From an uncultured Thermoleophilia bacterium (GTDB taxonomy: Bacteria; Actinomycetota; Thermoleophilia; UBA2241): 64,000 bases of DNA. Under the pieces are notes generated by a model. It did not search any database. It saw nothing but the letters and a program-made list of their open reading frames with translations, and had not been told where the DNA came from. Below, piece by piece: positions 1 through 9,803 of the stretch. How positions within the stretch are numbered: position 1 is the first letter of the stretch; every line of letters begins with the position of its first letter. The translations under genes were made by a program, and so were the position numbers. The DNA lies in assembly GCA_963715985.1 (NCBI GenBank), contig CAVQSP010000020.1, forward strand, positions 226,279-290,278. The letters run 5' to 3'.

Positions 1-59
1 GCTCGTCGGCCGGACGGGCTACAGCCGGCGGGTCGCCCCAGCTCTCCTCAGAGACTCGA

Positions 60-1142
60 TCAGGCACGGGCCGGAGGCTCGGGGGCCGCGGGCGGCTCCG
101 GCACCGCGGGCGGCGCCGGCGGCGCCGCCGGGGCCTGGACGGCGGCGTCGGGCGCCGACGGCGTGGCCAGCGGCGGAGGTACCGGCGCGTACCCTTGGCC
201 GCCTGTGAGCGGCGGCGCAGCCGCCGGCGGAGCCGGAGGCGGCGGCTGCGCGGCAGGCGGCATGGGCGGCGCGGCCGGCGGCGCATACGGCGTGGCGCCC
301 TGGGAGTACGCCGGGACGCCGGGCACGACCGGCCGGTAGCCGGTGACGGCGTCGATGAGCTCGCCCTCGCCGCGGGCCTGGAAGTACATGGCCACCACGT
401 ACGTCAGCACGAAGGGGTAGAGCAGGATGGTGGCGATGGCTCCGACGAACGGGATGAAGCCGAGCACGCTGCTCACGGCCCCGACCACGACCCAGAGCAC
501 GAAGAGGATGAGGAACGTCCACCACCAGCCGCTGCCCCGCACCAGGCTGCGGCTCTCGGGCAGCGCCTCGGAGACGCCGATGCCGCGGTCCACGATCGCA
601 GGGAAGACGTACACCCAGCTGATGCCGAGGTAGATGTACGCCACGATGGCGACGAGCTCGAGCACGATGCCGAGAGCGAGCACGACCCACACCTGGGTGA
701 CGGCGCCCACGACGATGATAGCCGCCGGCACGAGCATGATCAGCCCGAGGATGATGCCGATCAGCACGTAGGCCCACACCACGCGGCCAAAGATGCGGAA
801 GCCGCTGAAGGCGTCACCGTAGGCCATCTCCCGGCCCTCGCGGACGCGGCGCAGCACGCCCTCCAGGAGGCCTGCGAACAGCGGCACCGTGAGGAAGATG
901 GACACCAACACCACGACCACCATGCCGATGCTGAGCGCGATCCAGCTGGAGGTGTCAACGCTGGTCACGTCACCCTGTGCGTTGGTCTGGAAGCCGCTGA
1001 TGCTGGCGCCGATGGTGATCGCCATGACCACCGTGACGGCCACGGCGGGGATGATGCAGGCGATGATCATGCCCACCATCAGCGGCCCCACGTCCTTGGT
1101 GAACAGGCCCCACGCGTCCCGGAACACCTTGCCCAGGTCCAT
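60..1142 (-). CDS. Multi-pass membrane protein with Pro/Ala-rich C-terminal tail
   Basis: 360 aa ORF, about 6 hydrophobic segments, GGAGGAG SD upstream; paralogous to the adjacent upstream gene. Confidence 0.8.
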   Translation of the reverse strand: MDLGKVFRDAWGLFTKDVGPLMVGMIIACIIPAVAVTVVMAITIGASISGFQTNAQGDVTSVDTSSWIALSIGMVVVVLVSIFLTVPLFAGLLEGVLRRVREGREMAYGDAFSGFRIFGRVVWAYVLIGIILGLIMLVPAAIIVVGAVTQVWVVLALGIVLELVAIVAYIYLGISWVYVFPAIVDRGIGVSEALPESRSLVRGSGWWWTFLILFVLWVVVGAVSSVLGFIPFVGAIATILLYPFVLTYVVAMYFQARGEGELIDAVTGYRPVVPGVPAYSQGATPYAPPAAPPMPPAAQPPPPAPPAAAPPLTGGQGYAPVPPPLATPSAPDAAVQAPAAPPAPPAVPEPPAAPEPPARA

Positions 1143-1184
1143 CTCCTCCTCCTTCTTCCTGTTCCTGGTCGCCGACGCCGCCGG

Positions 1185-1923
1185 TCAGCGGCCTCGCTGC
1201 GAGGGAGTGGCCGCGCGCCCGATGGCGGCGTCCACCATGGCCCCCTGCCCCTCGGCCTGGAAGTACATGCTGATCACGTAGGCCACCGCGAACGGGGCGG
1301 CCACGAGGCCGATGATGACACCCACCACCGGGATCACGCTGAGCAGTCCCACGATGACGCCGACCACGATCGCTCCCACCAGCCAGGTGACGAAGGTCGT
1401 CATGTACCCGAGACGCGCGGCCATGTCCTTGCTCTGGGCCATCGCCGTGCCCACGCTGAGGCGACGATCTCCTATCAGCGGGAGGGCGAAGATCCACAAC
1501 GTCGTGAGGATGAGGCCGGGGATGATGAGCAGTGCATAGCCGATCGCCGATGATGACGCCGAGGACCACGGCGGCCACGGCGAAGGCGCCGATCTGGTCG
1601 AAGCTCTGCATGTCGGTGTACTCGGCGGCGCGCCCCTCGCGCACGCGCCGCAGCACCATCTGGAACGTCACCGCGTACATCCACGAGTACACGACGATGG
1701 TGACCAAGCCCACCAGCACCGTGAAGAGGAAGCCGGCGCCGAACCCGAACCCGGTGAAGCTGAGGGAGAAGGCGCCGAGACCCTGGACGCCGCCCAACGC
1801 CAGACCGACGACAGCGCGAACGACGCCCACGATGACGGCGGCCACAAGGGCCGTGACCGCCAGCGGTCCCCAGTCGAGCCTGAACAACCCCCACGCGTGC
1901 GTGAAACACTTGCCGATGTCCAT
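1185..1923 (-). CDS. Membrane protein, paralog of 60..1142 (one frameshift near 1545)
   Basis: Starts MDIGKCFTHAWGLF (cf. MDLGKVFRDAWGLF); removing one base near 1545 joins it to ORF 1185..1499, which contains YVISMYFQAEG (cf. YVVAMYFQARG). Confidence 0.75.
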
Positions 1924-2010
1924 CCCGTGAGCCTCCCGCCTAGCGCCCCGACGTTGCACCCGGACCTGAGGGTGTGTTCGGCCCCACCCCCTGCTACCCT
2001 TGAGGATGTC

Positions 2011-2982
2011 ATGCGCGAGTGTACCCGCAGGGACTTTCTCAGAATAGGGGCAGCGGCGGCGACCGGTACGGCCCTGGCGGCCGCCGGCTGCGGGGGGCCG
2101 TCCGGCCCGGCCGCGGATCCGCCGGACACGGCGCGCCTCTCGCCCTCCCCGGATCCAGCCGGAGGGCAGCCCGCGCCCGCTCGCCTCAGCGTAGCCCGCG
2201 GCGGCGACGCCGCCGCCATCACGGCCGCCGCCGTCGCCGCCCTCGGCGGCATGCAGACGTTCGTGCGCCGCGGCGACGACGTCGTCATCAAGCCCAACAT
2301 CTGCACCGGCTACCACGGGCCGGAGTACGCGGCCACCACCAACCCGGACGTGGTGGGCCAGCTCGTCGGCCTCTGCCGCGCGGCGGGCGCCGGCCGCGTG
2401 CGCGTCATGGACACACCGTTCGGCAGCAGCGCCGACGAGGCCTACTCCGTGAGCGGCATCCAGGCCGCCGTGCAGAAGGCCGGCGGCACCATGGAGCTCA
2501 TGGCCCCGTCGGGGTTCAAGAACTTCCGCATCCCCGACGGTCGCGACATCACGGAATGGCCCATCTACCGGGACATCCTCGCCTGCGACGTGCTCATCAA
2601 CGTGCCCATCGCCAAGACCCACGGCCTCACCCGGCTCACGCTGGGCGGCAAGAACTTCCTCGGCGTCGTCCTCTCCCCCGGCGACCTGCACAGCAACATC
2701 GGCCAGCGCACGGCCGACCTCGTGAGCGTGTGCCGGCCCACGCTCACCGTCATCGACGCCTACCGCATCCTCACGGCCAACGGCCCGACGGGCGGTGACC
2801 TGAACGACGTCGAGAAGCTGGACACCGTCATCGCCAGCACGGACATCGTGGCCGCCGATTCGTACGCCGCCACGCTCTTCGGGCTCGGCGGCGCCGACGT
2901 CCCCTACGTGCGCGCCGCCGCCGCCATGGGACTCGGCGAGATGGACCTGGAGAAGGTCGACATCCGCAAGGTCAGTGCCTGA
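2011..2982 (+). CDS. DUF362 family protein with Tat (lipoprotein-type) signal
   Basis: TRRDFL twin-Arg motif, LAAAGC lipobox-like, VVIKPN, TTNP and NVPIAKTH..TLGGKN motifs; TGCTACCCT -10 just upstream. Confidence 0.85.
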   Translation: MRECTRRDFLRIGAAAATGTALAAAGCGGPSGPAADPPDTARLSPSPDPAGGQPAPARLSVARGGDAAAITAAAVAALGGMQTFVRRGDDVVIKPNICTGYHGPEYAATTNPDVVGQLVGLCRAAGAGRVRVMDTPFGSSADEAYSVSGIQAAVQKAGGTMELMAPSGFKNFRIPDGRDITEWPIYRDILACDVLINVPIAKTHGLTRLTLGGKNFLGVVLSPGDLHSNIGQRTADLVSVCRPTLTVIDAYRILTANGPTGGDLNDVEKLDTVIASTDIVAADSYAATLFGLGGADVPYVRAAAAMGLGEMDLEKVDIRKVSA

Positions 2983-3130
2983 CCAGCTCCCGGCTCGCCC
3001 GTTTGGGTCGCGCTCCCCAGCGGCATCTCCCATGTTCACCCGATGGACCCTGGGCTTCCCCCATGTGAGACCGGGGACAACCTAACCAGGCACCGGTGCG
3101 GGCGGCCGGTCGCGAAACGAGGGGGGAGCC

Positions 3131-3682
3131 GTGGAATCGCTGGAGATCCTGGAGCGAGAACACCGCATGGTGTCGCTCGTGGCGGACGCCGCGCGCCGTG
3201 ACGTCGACCGTGCCCTCAAGACCGGCGTGGCCGACACCAAGGAGATCGACGAGCTCATCGAGTTCCTGCGCTACTTCATGAACTCGTGCCACGCCCCCAA
3301 AGAAGAGGACCTGCTGTTCACGATGCTCCACCGCCGCGGGCTGGCGTGGGACGCCTCCCCGCTGTGCGACCTCGTGCGTGAGCACGAGGAGATGCGCGTG
3401 ATGCTCGACTCGGCCTCCGACTGGCTCCGGCCCGTCGAGGCCGGCGAGGCCGGCGCCCTGCAGCCGTTGCTCCACGATCTGGCGATGTACCTGGATCTCC
3501 TGAAGCAGCACATCGCCACAGAGGAGGACGTCGTGTACCCCCTCGCCCGTGAGCGGCTCACGGCCCACGACTTCGCTGAGCTGGGCGAGAAGTTCTCCAC
3601 CATCGCCTGTGAAGAGCTCGACGAGGGCATCCACGCGTACTACGCCGACATGGCCCACCATCTGGCGGGCGCAGCGGCGTGA
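3131..3682 (+). CDS. Hemerythrin domain protein
   Basis: EH, HxxKEExLLF, EHEE and HIxxEExxxYP motifs. Confidence 0.85.
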   Translation: MESLEILEREHRMVSLVADAARRDVDRALKTGVADTKEIDELIEFLRYFMNSCHAPKEEDLLFTMLHRRGLAWDASPLCDLVREHEEMRVMLDSASDWLRPVEAGEAGALQPLLHDLAMYLDLLKQHIATEEDVVYPLARERLTAHDFAELGEKFSTIACEELDEGIHAYYADMAHHLAGAAA

Positions 3683-3766
3683 GGAGGCGCCGGCGGCGGG
3701 GCTCCTCGGAGCCCCGCCGCCGGCGCACACGCACGGGCGCCGGGCGGTCCCCCCTCCCGGCGCCCG

Positions 3767-4595
3767 TCACTCGTTCAGGAGAGGGCCGTCCTGCTCCTCG
3801 ACCTCCGCGTGCCAGGAGACGCGCGTGCCTACCTTGGCGCGGAGCCTCCAGGCCAGGCTCTTCGGGGCGGCGTCGAGAGCGGCGCTCAGGCGCGCGATAG
3901 CCTGAGCGACGCGGTCCCGGTCCGCCGCCTCAAGGCCGAAGCCGTCCAGCTCGTCGCGGCAGCGTCGCAGATTGACGGTGACGTCGTACCACAGGCCCCA
4001 ATCACGCGCGCACAGGGCGGCCGCATAGCTCAGGTCGATCGCCCCGCGCGACGTTCCCATCCGCCAACGGCAGATCCTTGAGCAGCGTGATCACGTCCCG
4101 CACGTCCCTGCTCTCCAGACGCGCCACCTGCAGCTTGGTCAGCAGGAGGTCCGCCGAGCTGATCGTGTAGGGCTCGAGTGCGAGCCGGTCGCGCAGATCC
4201 ACGGCGTGGTCCATGCGGAACACGTCGTAGAACACGTCGGCGTGATCGTCGTCGTGAACGGTGCCGCCTCCATGCGGAAGCTGGTGGACGCACCTGCGCA
4301 CGAACTGGGCCTGGCCCATGATCGTGGCTTCGCGCACCTCACGCCGCTCGGCATAGCCCAGCGCGGCGAACAGCTGCGCCACCTGTAGGGCCTCAGCACG
4401 CAGGCCGACCAGGTCGAGGTCCGAGTGGTCGCGGCCGCAGAAGTCGAGCACTTCGCAGTGGTCGCGGACGGCGAGGCCGCCGAGCAAGCGCAGCGTGAGG
4501 CCACGCTCCCGCGCGGCATCCACGATGCGGCGGCCCTCGGCGGCCATCTCTGCGGCTGCGTCCGAGGCGACAGTTCTGTGCGCGTACACACTCAT
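3767..4595 (-). CDS. Nucleotidyltransferase-fold protein (frameshift near 4060)
   Basis: LRLLGGLAV..DxDL motif and DLLLTKLQV in one frame; C-terminal CARDWGLW..KSLAWRLRAKVG in ORF 3767..4060. Confidence 0.65.
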
Positions 4596-4651
4596 AAGGC
4601 CCCTATCCCCATCGGAGCCCCGATTGACGCATGGATGTCGGCGAGCCCGGT

Positions 4652-5686
4652 TCAGGAGCGCGGCCAGGGCGGAGGCGGTGGGATGAGCGACCACCCCACC
4701 ACGTCCTCCTCCTCGCGCACCGCGATCCACTGGAGCACCGAGAGGGTGTGCTCGGCGATCGGCGCCAGGACGTGGTCCTCGCACGCCGCGAGCCCCTTCA
4801 GGCCGTCCAGGAGGTCCATGCCGTGTTCGAAGACCGCGTGGGGGTCGTCGTGGCGCACGCCCAGGCGCAGGAGCCGCAACGCCTCGAGGACGCGCGCGTC
4901 ACGGTCGCGGAGCATGGCACCGGGCCCGTCGGCGCCCGCCACCGCAAGCACCGGGAGCCAGGCCTGCTGCACCCGGCGCACGCGCAGCTCCACGCCGCCG
5001 AGCCGGTCCACAAGCCTGGCCACCAGCGCCCGGGCGGCGCGCCAGCGCCCCAGCCCGGGGGAGCCGCCGAGGCGTTCGAGCTCCTCACGGAGCGCGTGGC
5101 CCACTACCGTCAGCTGCGCACCCTCTCTTGCCAGAGAGTCCAGCGGGTGGCCCTCAGGGGGGCCGCCCAGGGGCTCGCCCCCGGTCTGCGCCTCCAGCAC
5201 CTCGCAGAGACGGGGGTCGCCCGCCGCCGCCTGCCTGGCGGCGATCGAGAAGGCCGCGTCGAGCGCCTCTGCCTCGCGGGCGTCTACGCCCGACGTCACC
5301 TCGCGCAGCCGCGCGGCCAGGTCCACCAGTGAGCCGCCGCGCTCGAAGTCCAGGGCGATGTCCCCGAGCTCCCCGAGTCGGGGGTCATCTGGGCTTACGG
5401 AGCCGGGATCGTCTACCGTCACCGGCGACGTGCCGGTCTCCCGGGCGATCTGGGCGGCGATATCGCCCACCAACCGCCGCCACGTCATGTTCATCTCCAC
5501 GGCGAGGTCGCCGAGGGTCGCGATCCTCGCCCACCTCGCCGGAGCGCCCGGGTCGGCGACGCGCCGGAACGCCGGATGGTAGCCGGGAAGAAACGCCGCC
5601 AGAGAGGGGTGTGCGCGCAGAAGCGCGAACACGGTGGTGCGTGGTCCCAGTACGATGCCGGCCCTCTGCTCGTCGCCGCCCGCCAC
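4652..5686 (-). CDS. DUF1858/DUF438-like protein (degenerate hemerythrin-like, no PAS domain)
   Basis: N-terminal TTVFALLRAHP..ATLGDLA (DUF1858-like), GHPLDSLAREG (DUF438-like); GAGGAGG SD before GTG 5686. Confidence 0.6.
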   Translation of the reverse strand: MAGGDEQRAGIVLGPRTTVFALLRAHPSLAAFLPGYHPAFRRVADPGAPARWARIATLGDLAVEMNMTWRRLVGDIAAQIARETGTSPVTVDDPGSVSPDDPRLGELGDIALDFERGGSLVDLAARLREVTSGVDAREAEALDAAFSIAARQAAAGDPRLCEVLEAQTGGEPLGGPPEGHPLDSLAREGAQLTVVGHALREELERLGGSPGLGRWRAARALVARLVDRLGGVELRVRRVQQAWLPVLAVAGADGPGAMLRDRDARVLEALRLLRLGVRHDDPHAVFEHGMDLLDGLKGLAACEDHVLAPIAEHTLSVLQWIAVREEEDVVGWSLIPPPPPWPRS

Positions 5687-5897
5687 CGCCTCCTCCTCGC
5701 CACGGACACGGCCCTGCACCCGGACCAAGGGTACCAGCCTTCAACAAGAGTCCGCCCGCGGCGTGGCCCGACGGGGTGCCCGCGGCGTGGCCCGGCAAGG
5801 GGCCCGCGCCGCGGCGCCGGCCCGCTGGCGGCGCGGCGCGGGCGGTGGTACCCTGTCGCTCCCGCCCGCCTCCCCTTCCCCGCGCGGGCGCCGGCCC

Positions 5898-7841
5898 ATG
5901 AGCATCGTCACCTTCAACAACGTCGAGAAGTCCTTCGGGGGCCAGCGCCTCTTCACCAACGTCACCTTCGCGATCGACGGGCACGACCACGCCGTGCTCG
6001 TCGGCCGCAACGGTACCGGCAAGACCACGCTGCTGCGCCTGATCGCCGGGGACGAGCATGCCGACAGCGGGACCATCGCCCGTGCCCGCGGCAGGCGCAT
6101 CTGGCTGCACGAGCAGACTCCCGAGCTGGAGGCGGACCGTCCCGTGCGGGACTACCTGCTCGAGGCCTTCGGCGAAGCCGTGCAGCTCGAGGCGGAACTG
6201 CGCGCCACGGAGGAGAGCCTCTCGGGTCTGGCGGAGCACAGCCCCGGGCTCCGCGACACGATGAAGACGTACCAGCAGCTGCAGCGGCGCTTCGAAGCCG
6301 CCGGCGGGTACTCGTACCGCAACCGCCTCACGGGCGTGGTGGAGGGCCTCGGTCTCCCCGAGGAGATGCTGGACCGCGGCCTGTTCTCGCTCTCCGGTGG
6401 CGAGCTCACGCGCGTGACGCTGGCCCGCGCCCTGCTGGCCGACGCCGACCTCCTGCTGCTGGACGAGCCCACCAACCACCTCGACATCGACTCCGTCGAG
6501 TGGCTCGAGGGCTTCCTGGCGGACTATCCGCGCGCCTTCCTCCTCGTGACCCACGACCGCCGCCTCCTCGAGAAGGTGGGGCGGCGCGTACTCGCCGTGG
6601 AACACGAGCACGTGGAGGTCCAGGGTGGGGACTTCGGCACCTATCTGCGTGAGAGCGAGGCGCGCCTCGCCCTCATGCGCCGCGAGTACGAGCAGGATCT
6701 GGAGAAGATCGCCCAGCTACAGCGCTACTACGACCGCTTTCACGCCAAGAAGGACAAAGCCAAGCAGGCCAAGGCCAAGCTCACGCAGATGGATCGCATC
6801 AAGAAGGGACTGCGTGAGCCGCCGCGTCAGACCAAGAGCTTCAAGCTCGGCCTGCCGCAGCCGCAACCGTCCGCACGGGTGGTGCTGGAGATGAAGACGC
6901 CGGCGCTGACGGTCGGCTCCGCCGACGAGGCCGCCGGCGTGCGCACGCTCGTGAGGGGCATCGACGTGGTGCTCGAGCGCGGTGAGAAGGTCGCCCTGCT
7001 GGGCGCCAACGGGTCCGGCAAGACGACCCTCGTGGAGACGGTCGCCGGCCTGCGCAACCTTGCCGACGGAGCCGCACACCTGGGCCACAACACACGCGTC
7101 GCGTACTACTCCCAGCAGGGCCGCGAGCTCGACGAGTCGGCCACGTGCCTGCAGACCGTGCTGCCCCTCGTGGGGCAGGACGAGGAGCAGGCGCGCAAGC
7201 TGCTCGGGCGCTTCCAGTTCGGCGCTGAAGAGGTGGAGAAGCGCGTCGAGATGCTGTCGGGCGGCGAGCGCAGCCGCCTCCGCCTGCTCACACTCCTCGT
7301 CGGCGACGCCAACCTCCTGCTGCTGGACGAGCCCACCAACCACCTCGACATGGGCTCGGTAGAGGCGCTCGCCGACGCTCTCGAAGACTACACCGGCACC
7401 ATCCTGCTCGTGACCCACGACCGTCACCTCATCGACCGCGTGGCCACCCGCGTCCTCGAGATCCACGACGGCGGCCTGTTGAACCACCTCTCGTCGTCCC
7501 GCTACTGGGAGGCCCGCACGGCGCGCCTCCCGGACGCCGACGAAGTAGCCACCGCTCCGGCCGCGAGTCGCAGCGCGGCGCCCGCCGGCGCCGCCAAGAC
7601 GCGCCAGACCAAAGAATCGGCCGAGGAGGCGCGGCGGCGGCGCGCGCGCTTGCGCGGCGTCGAAGCCGCCATCCTGCGCGCCGAGAAGCGGCTCGGCGAG
7701 ATCGACGCGGAGCTCGCCGAGCCGGAGACCTACGCCGAGCGCGAGACCCTCAACCGGCTGCTCGACGAACGAGGCATCGTGGAGGGCCAGCTCGGCCGCG
7801 AGTACGCGGAGTGGGAGCGGCTCGTCGACGAGGGCGGCTGA
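5898..7841 (+). CDS. ABC-F family ATPase (Uup/YheS-like)
   Basis: Two NBDs (GRNGTGKT, GANGSGKT; LSGGE; LLDEPTNHLD x2), no TM segments, C-terminal coiled coil. Confidence 0.93.
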   Translation: MSIVTFNNVEKSFGGQRLFTNVTFAIDGHDHAVLVGRNGTGKTTLLRLIAGDEHADSGTIARARGRRIWLHEQTPELEADRPVRDYLLEAFGEAVQLEAELRATEESLSGLAEHSPGLRDTMKTYQQLQRRFEAAGGYSYRNRLTGVVEGLGLPEEMLDRGLFSLSGGELTRVTLARALLADADLLLLDEPTNHLDIDSVEWLEGFLADYPRAFLLVTHDRRLLEKVGRRVLAVEHEHVEVQGGDFGTYLRESEARLALMRREYEQDLEKIAQLQRYYDRFHAKKDKAKQAKAKLTQMDRIKKGLREPPRQTKSFKLGLPQPQPSARVVLEMKTPALTVGSADEAAGVRTLVRGIDVVLERGEKVALLGANGSGKTTLVETVAGLRNLADGAAHLGHNTRVAYYSQQGRELDESATCLQTVLPLVGQDEEQARKLLGRFQFGAEEVEKRVEMLSGGERSRLRLLTLLVGDANLLLLDEPTNHLDMGSVEALADALEDYTGTILLVTHDRHLIDRVATRVLEIHDGGLLNHLSSSRYWEARTARLPDADEVATAPAASRSAAPAGAAKTRQTKESAEEARRRRARLRGVEAAILRAEKRLGEIDAELAEPETYAERETLNRLLDERGIVEGQLGREYAEWERLVDEGG

Positions 7842-7870
7842 CCACCCGGCAGCGTGCTACCCTAGCGCCG

Positions 7871-8755
7871 ATGTCGCGCCGCACACCCCCTCACGCGCCG
7901 CCCGACCTGGACCCGGCCGTGGTCTCCGCCCTTCAGGAGCGCATCCTCGGCTGGTACGCAGCCAACCGCCGCGACCTGCCCTGGCGCCGCACCGCCGACC
8001 CCTACGCCATCCTCGTCAGCGAAGTGATGCTGCAGCAGACGCAGGTCTCGCGCGTGGTCCCCAAGTACGAGGCCTTCGTTGCCGCCTACCCGGCCCTGGA
8101 GGACCTCGCTGCCGCCCCGCTCGGCGACGTACTCACGCTGTGGCAGGGGCTCGGATACAACACCCGGGCGCGCCGCCTGCGCGAGTGCGCGACCGCCGCG
8201 GTGGCGGCCGCGACGTGTGCGGCCGCGGCGGATGAGCTCGCGCGGGAGAGTGACGCGCGCCGGGCCGCCCTGCCGCGCACTCTGGACGGCCTTCGCCGTC
8301 TGCCCGGGCTGGGGCCGTACACGGCGCGCGCGGTGCTCATCTTCGCCCACAACGACGACCTCGCGGCGGTGGATGCCAACGTGCGCCGCGTGCTCACGCA
8401 CGAGCTGGTCCTGGGGCTGGACCTCGCGGACCGCGACCTGCAGGCCGTCGCGGACACCGTGCTTCCCCACGGGAGAAGCAGAGACTGGCACAACGCCTTG
8501 ATGGACTACGGCGCCCTGGTGCTGACGGCGCGCACCACGAGGATCCCGTCGCGCACGCAACAGAGCACCTTCGAGGGGTCACGGCGCTGGCACCGGTCCC
8601 GCCTCCTGCGCGCACTCCTCGAGCACGGTCCCATGCACGAGGCTCAGCTGCCCGCGCTGCTCGGCCTCGACGAGGGCGCCGCCGCCGAGATCATCGCCGT
8701 CCTGGAGGCGGACGGCCTCGTCTGCAGGGACGGCGGCGCGATCCACGTCCCCTGA
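7871..8755 (+). CDS. mutY: A/G-specific adenine glycosylase MutY-like, lacking the 4Fe-4S motif
   Basis: RDLPWR, ILVSEVMLQQT, WQGLGY, HhH LPGLGPYTA, VDANVRRV, ALMDYG; apparently leaderless (TACCCT 7 nt before ATG). Confidence 0.8.
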   Translation: MSRRTPPHAPPDLDPAVVSALQERILGWYAANRRDLPWRRTADPYAILVSEVMLQQTQVSRVVPKYEAFVAAYPALEDLAAAPLGDVLTLWQGLGYNTRARRLRECATAAVAAATCAAAADELARESDARRAALPRTLDGLRRLPGLGPYTARAVLIFAHNDDLAAVDANVRRVLTHELVLGLDLADRDLQAVADTVLPHGRSRDWHNALMDYGALVLTARTTRIPSRTQQSTFEGSRRWHRSRLLRALLEHGPMHEAQLPALLGLDEGAAAEIIAVLEADGLVCRDGGAIHVP

Positions 8756-8780
8756 GCGGGCCGGCAGGCGTGCGCGTCGC

Positions 8781-9101
8781 TCAGGTGCGGAACATCGTCA
8801 GGAGGAAGACGAGCTCCTCCCGCGCGCGCACAGCGTGCCGCAACTCGGCCGGCATGTAGTACAGCTTGCCGGGTCCCGTCTCGTACTCGACTCCGCCGAG
8901 CACTACTGTGCCCGCTCCGCGCAATACCTGGATCACGGCCGGGACGCTGGCCGTGTGCTCACTGAGCTCCTGCCCGGGCGCCAGCGTGAAATGGATGATC
9001 TTGTGGTGGTCGTTCTCGACGATCGACTTGCTCACGATGCCCTGGTCGGCTACCTGCGTCATCTCGTCAAGGTCGACGACCAGCGGCTCTGACCCGTCCA
9101 T
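8781..9101 (-). CDS. Cupin domain protein
   Basis: GQELSEHT and MPAELRHAV cupin motifs; GGAGG SD. Confidence 0.85.
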   Translation of the reverse strand: MDGSEPLVVDLDEMTQVADQGIVSKSIVENDHHKIIHFTLAPGQELSEHTASVPAVIQVLRGAGTVVLGGVEYETGPGKLYYMPAELRHAVRAREELVFLLTMFRT

Positions 9102-9168
9102 GATTGCCTCCGTTTCGCGAACGTGTGGATGCTCCCCCTGAGACTACCCCGGCCCCACGACGCCGAAC

Positions 9169-9182
9169 TTGACCTTCGTCAG
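9169..9182. promoter_or_regulatory. Crp/Fnr-family site TTGAC-N4-GTCAG upstream of cupin gene
   Basis: TTGACCTTCGTCAG; centred about 41 bp upstream of the start implied by the minus-strand -10 TAGTCT (9141-9146). Confidence 0.45.
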
Positions 9183-9209
9183 GCGCGTTGGCGCCTGCTA
9201 TCACGGTGT

Positions 9210-9256
9210 TTGACATTCACGCAAGGGGGAGATATAGTTTGTGATGAACTTCACAG
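9210..9256 (+). promoter_or_regulatory. Sigma70 promoter with overlapping Rex/Crp-type operator
   Basis: TTGACA (9210) -17 bp- TATAGT (9233); TTGTGATGAACTTCACAG at 9239-9256. Confidence 0.8.
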
Positions 9257-9283
9257 TAATGGACTATTTTTAGGAGGGTCGCC

Positions 9284-9424
9284 ATGACGAATATCGCCAC
9301 GATCATCAAGCGTTTCTTCGAGGGTACCGGTCACGTCGTGAGCACGCCCTCCGGCGACGCTCGCGGCCACGTCCGCGAGAAGGACTTCATGACACAGGAC
9401 CTCACCGCCGGCACGCGGTTCTGA
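9284..9424 (+). CDS. Small peptide 1 (46 aa) MTNIATIIKRFFEGTGHVVSTPSGDARGHVREKDFMTQDLTAGTRF
   Basis: TAGGAGG SD, high-GC third positions, paralog of next ORF; below ORF-track cutoff. Confidence 0.8.
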   Translation: MTNIATIIKRFFEGTGHVVSTPSGDARGHVREKDFMTQDLTAGTRF

Positions 9425-9446
9425 TCCGGTCGACAGGAGGCCACCC

Positions 9447-9584
9447 ATGCGCACCAACGTCATTCGCTCGATCGGCCGGTTCTTCGCCGGCACCGGCGCC
9501 GTCATCGCCACGCCCTCGGGCGACGCCCGCGGCCACGTCAGGGTCTATGCCGACACCACTGTGACCCGAGGCCGCAGCTTCTGA
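9447..9584 (+). CDS. Small peptide 2 (45 aa) MRTNVIRSIGRFFAGTGAVIATPSGDARGHVRVYADTTVTRGRSF
   Basis: AGGAGG SD; shares RFFxGTGxVxxTPSGDARGHVR with peptide 1, with synonymous codon differences. Confidence 0.8.
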   Translation: MRTNVIRSIGRFFAGTGAVIATPSGDARGHVRVYADTTVTRGRSF

Positions 9585-9593
9585 GACACACGA

Positions 9594-9690
9594 GCTGCGT
9601 GCGACCCCCCCATTCGCACGCAGCCTCTCTCGAAGGCCTCCCGCTCCCTGGCCCGGCCCACCACGCCAGGGGATCTCGCGGGAGGCCTTC
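9594..9690 (+). terminator. Two tandem hairpins after peptide 2 (first with C7 loop)
   Basis: GCTGCGTGCGA-CCCCCCCAT-TCGCACGCAGC and GAAGGCCTCCCGC...GCGGGAGGCCTTC. Confidence 0.55.
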
Positions 9691-9726
9691 TGTATGCCTC
9701 ACCCATCGGCGCGAGTCGAGACTCGT

Positions 9727-9773
9727 TTGACAGATGATGGATTGTGGAATACATTTTGTGCAGGAAAGCACAA
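9727..9773 (+). promoter_or_regulatory. Second sigma70 promoter with overlapping Rex/Crp-type palindrome
   Basis: TTGACA (9727) -17 bp- TACATT (9750); CATTTTGTGC-AGGAAA-GCACAAAATG palindrome (core 9756-9773). Confidence 0.75.
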
Positions 9774-9803
9774 AATGCCATTGATTACGCTGAGGAGAAG
9801 GCC

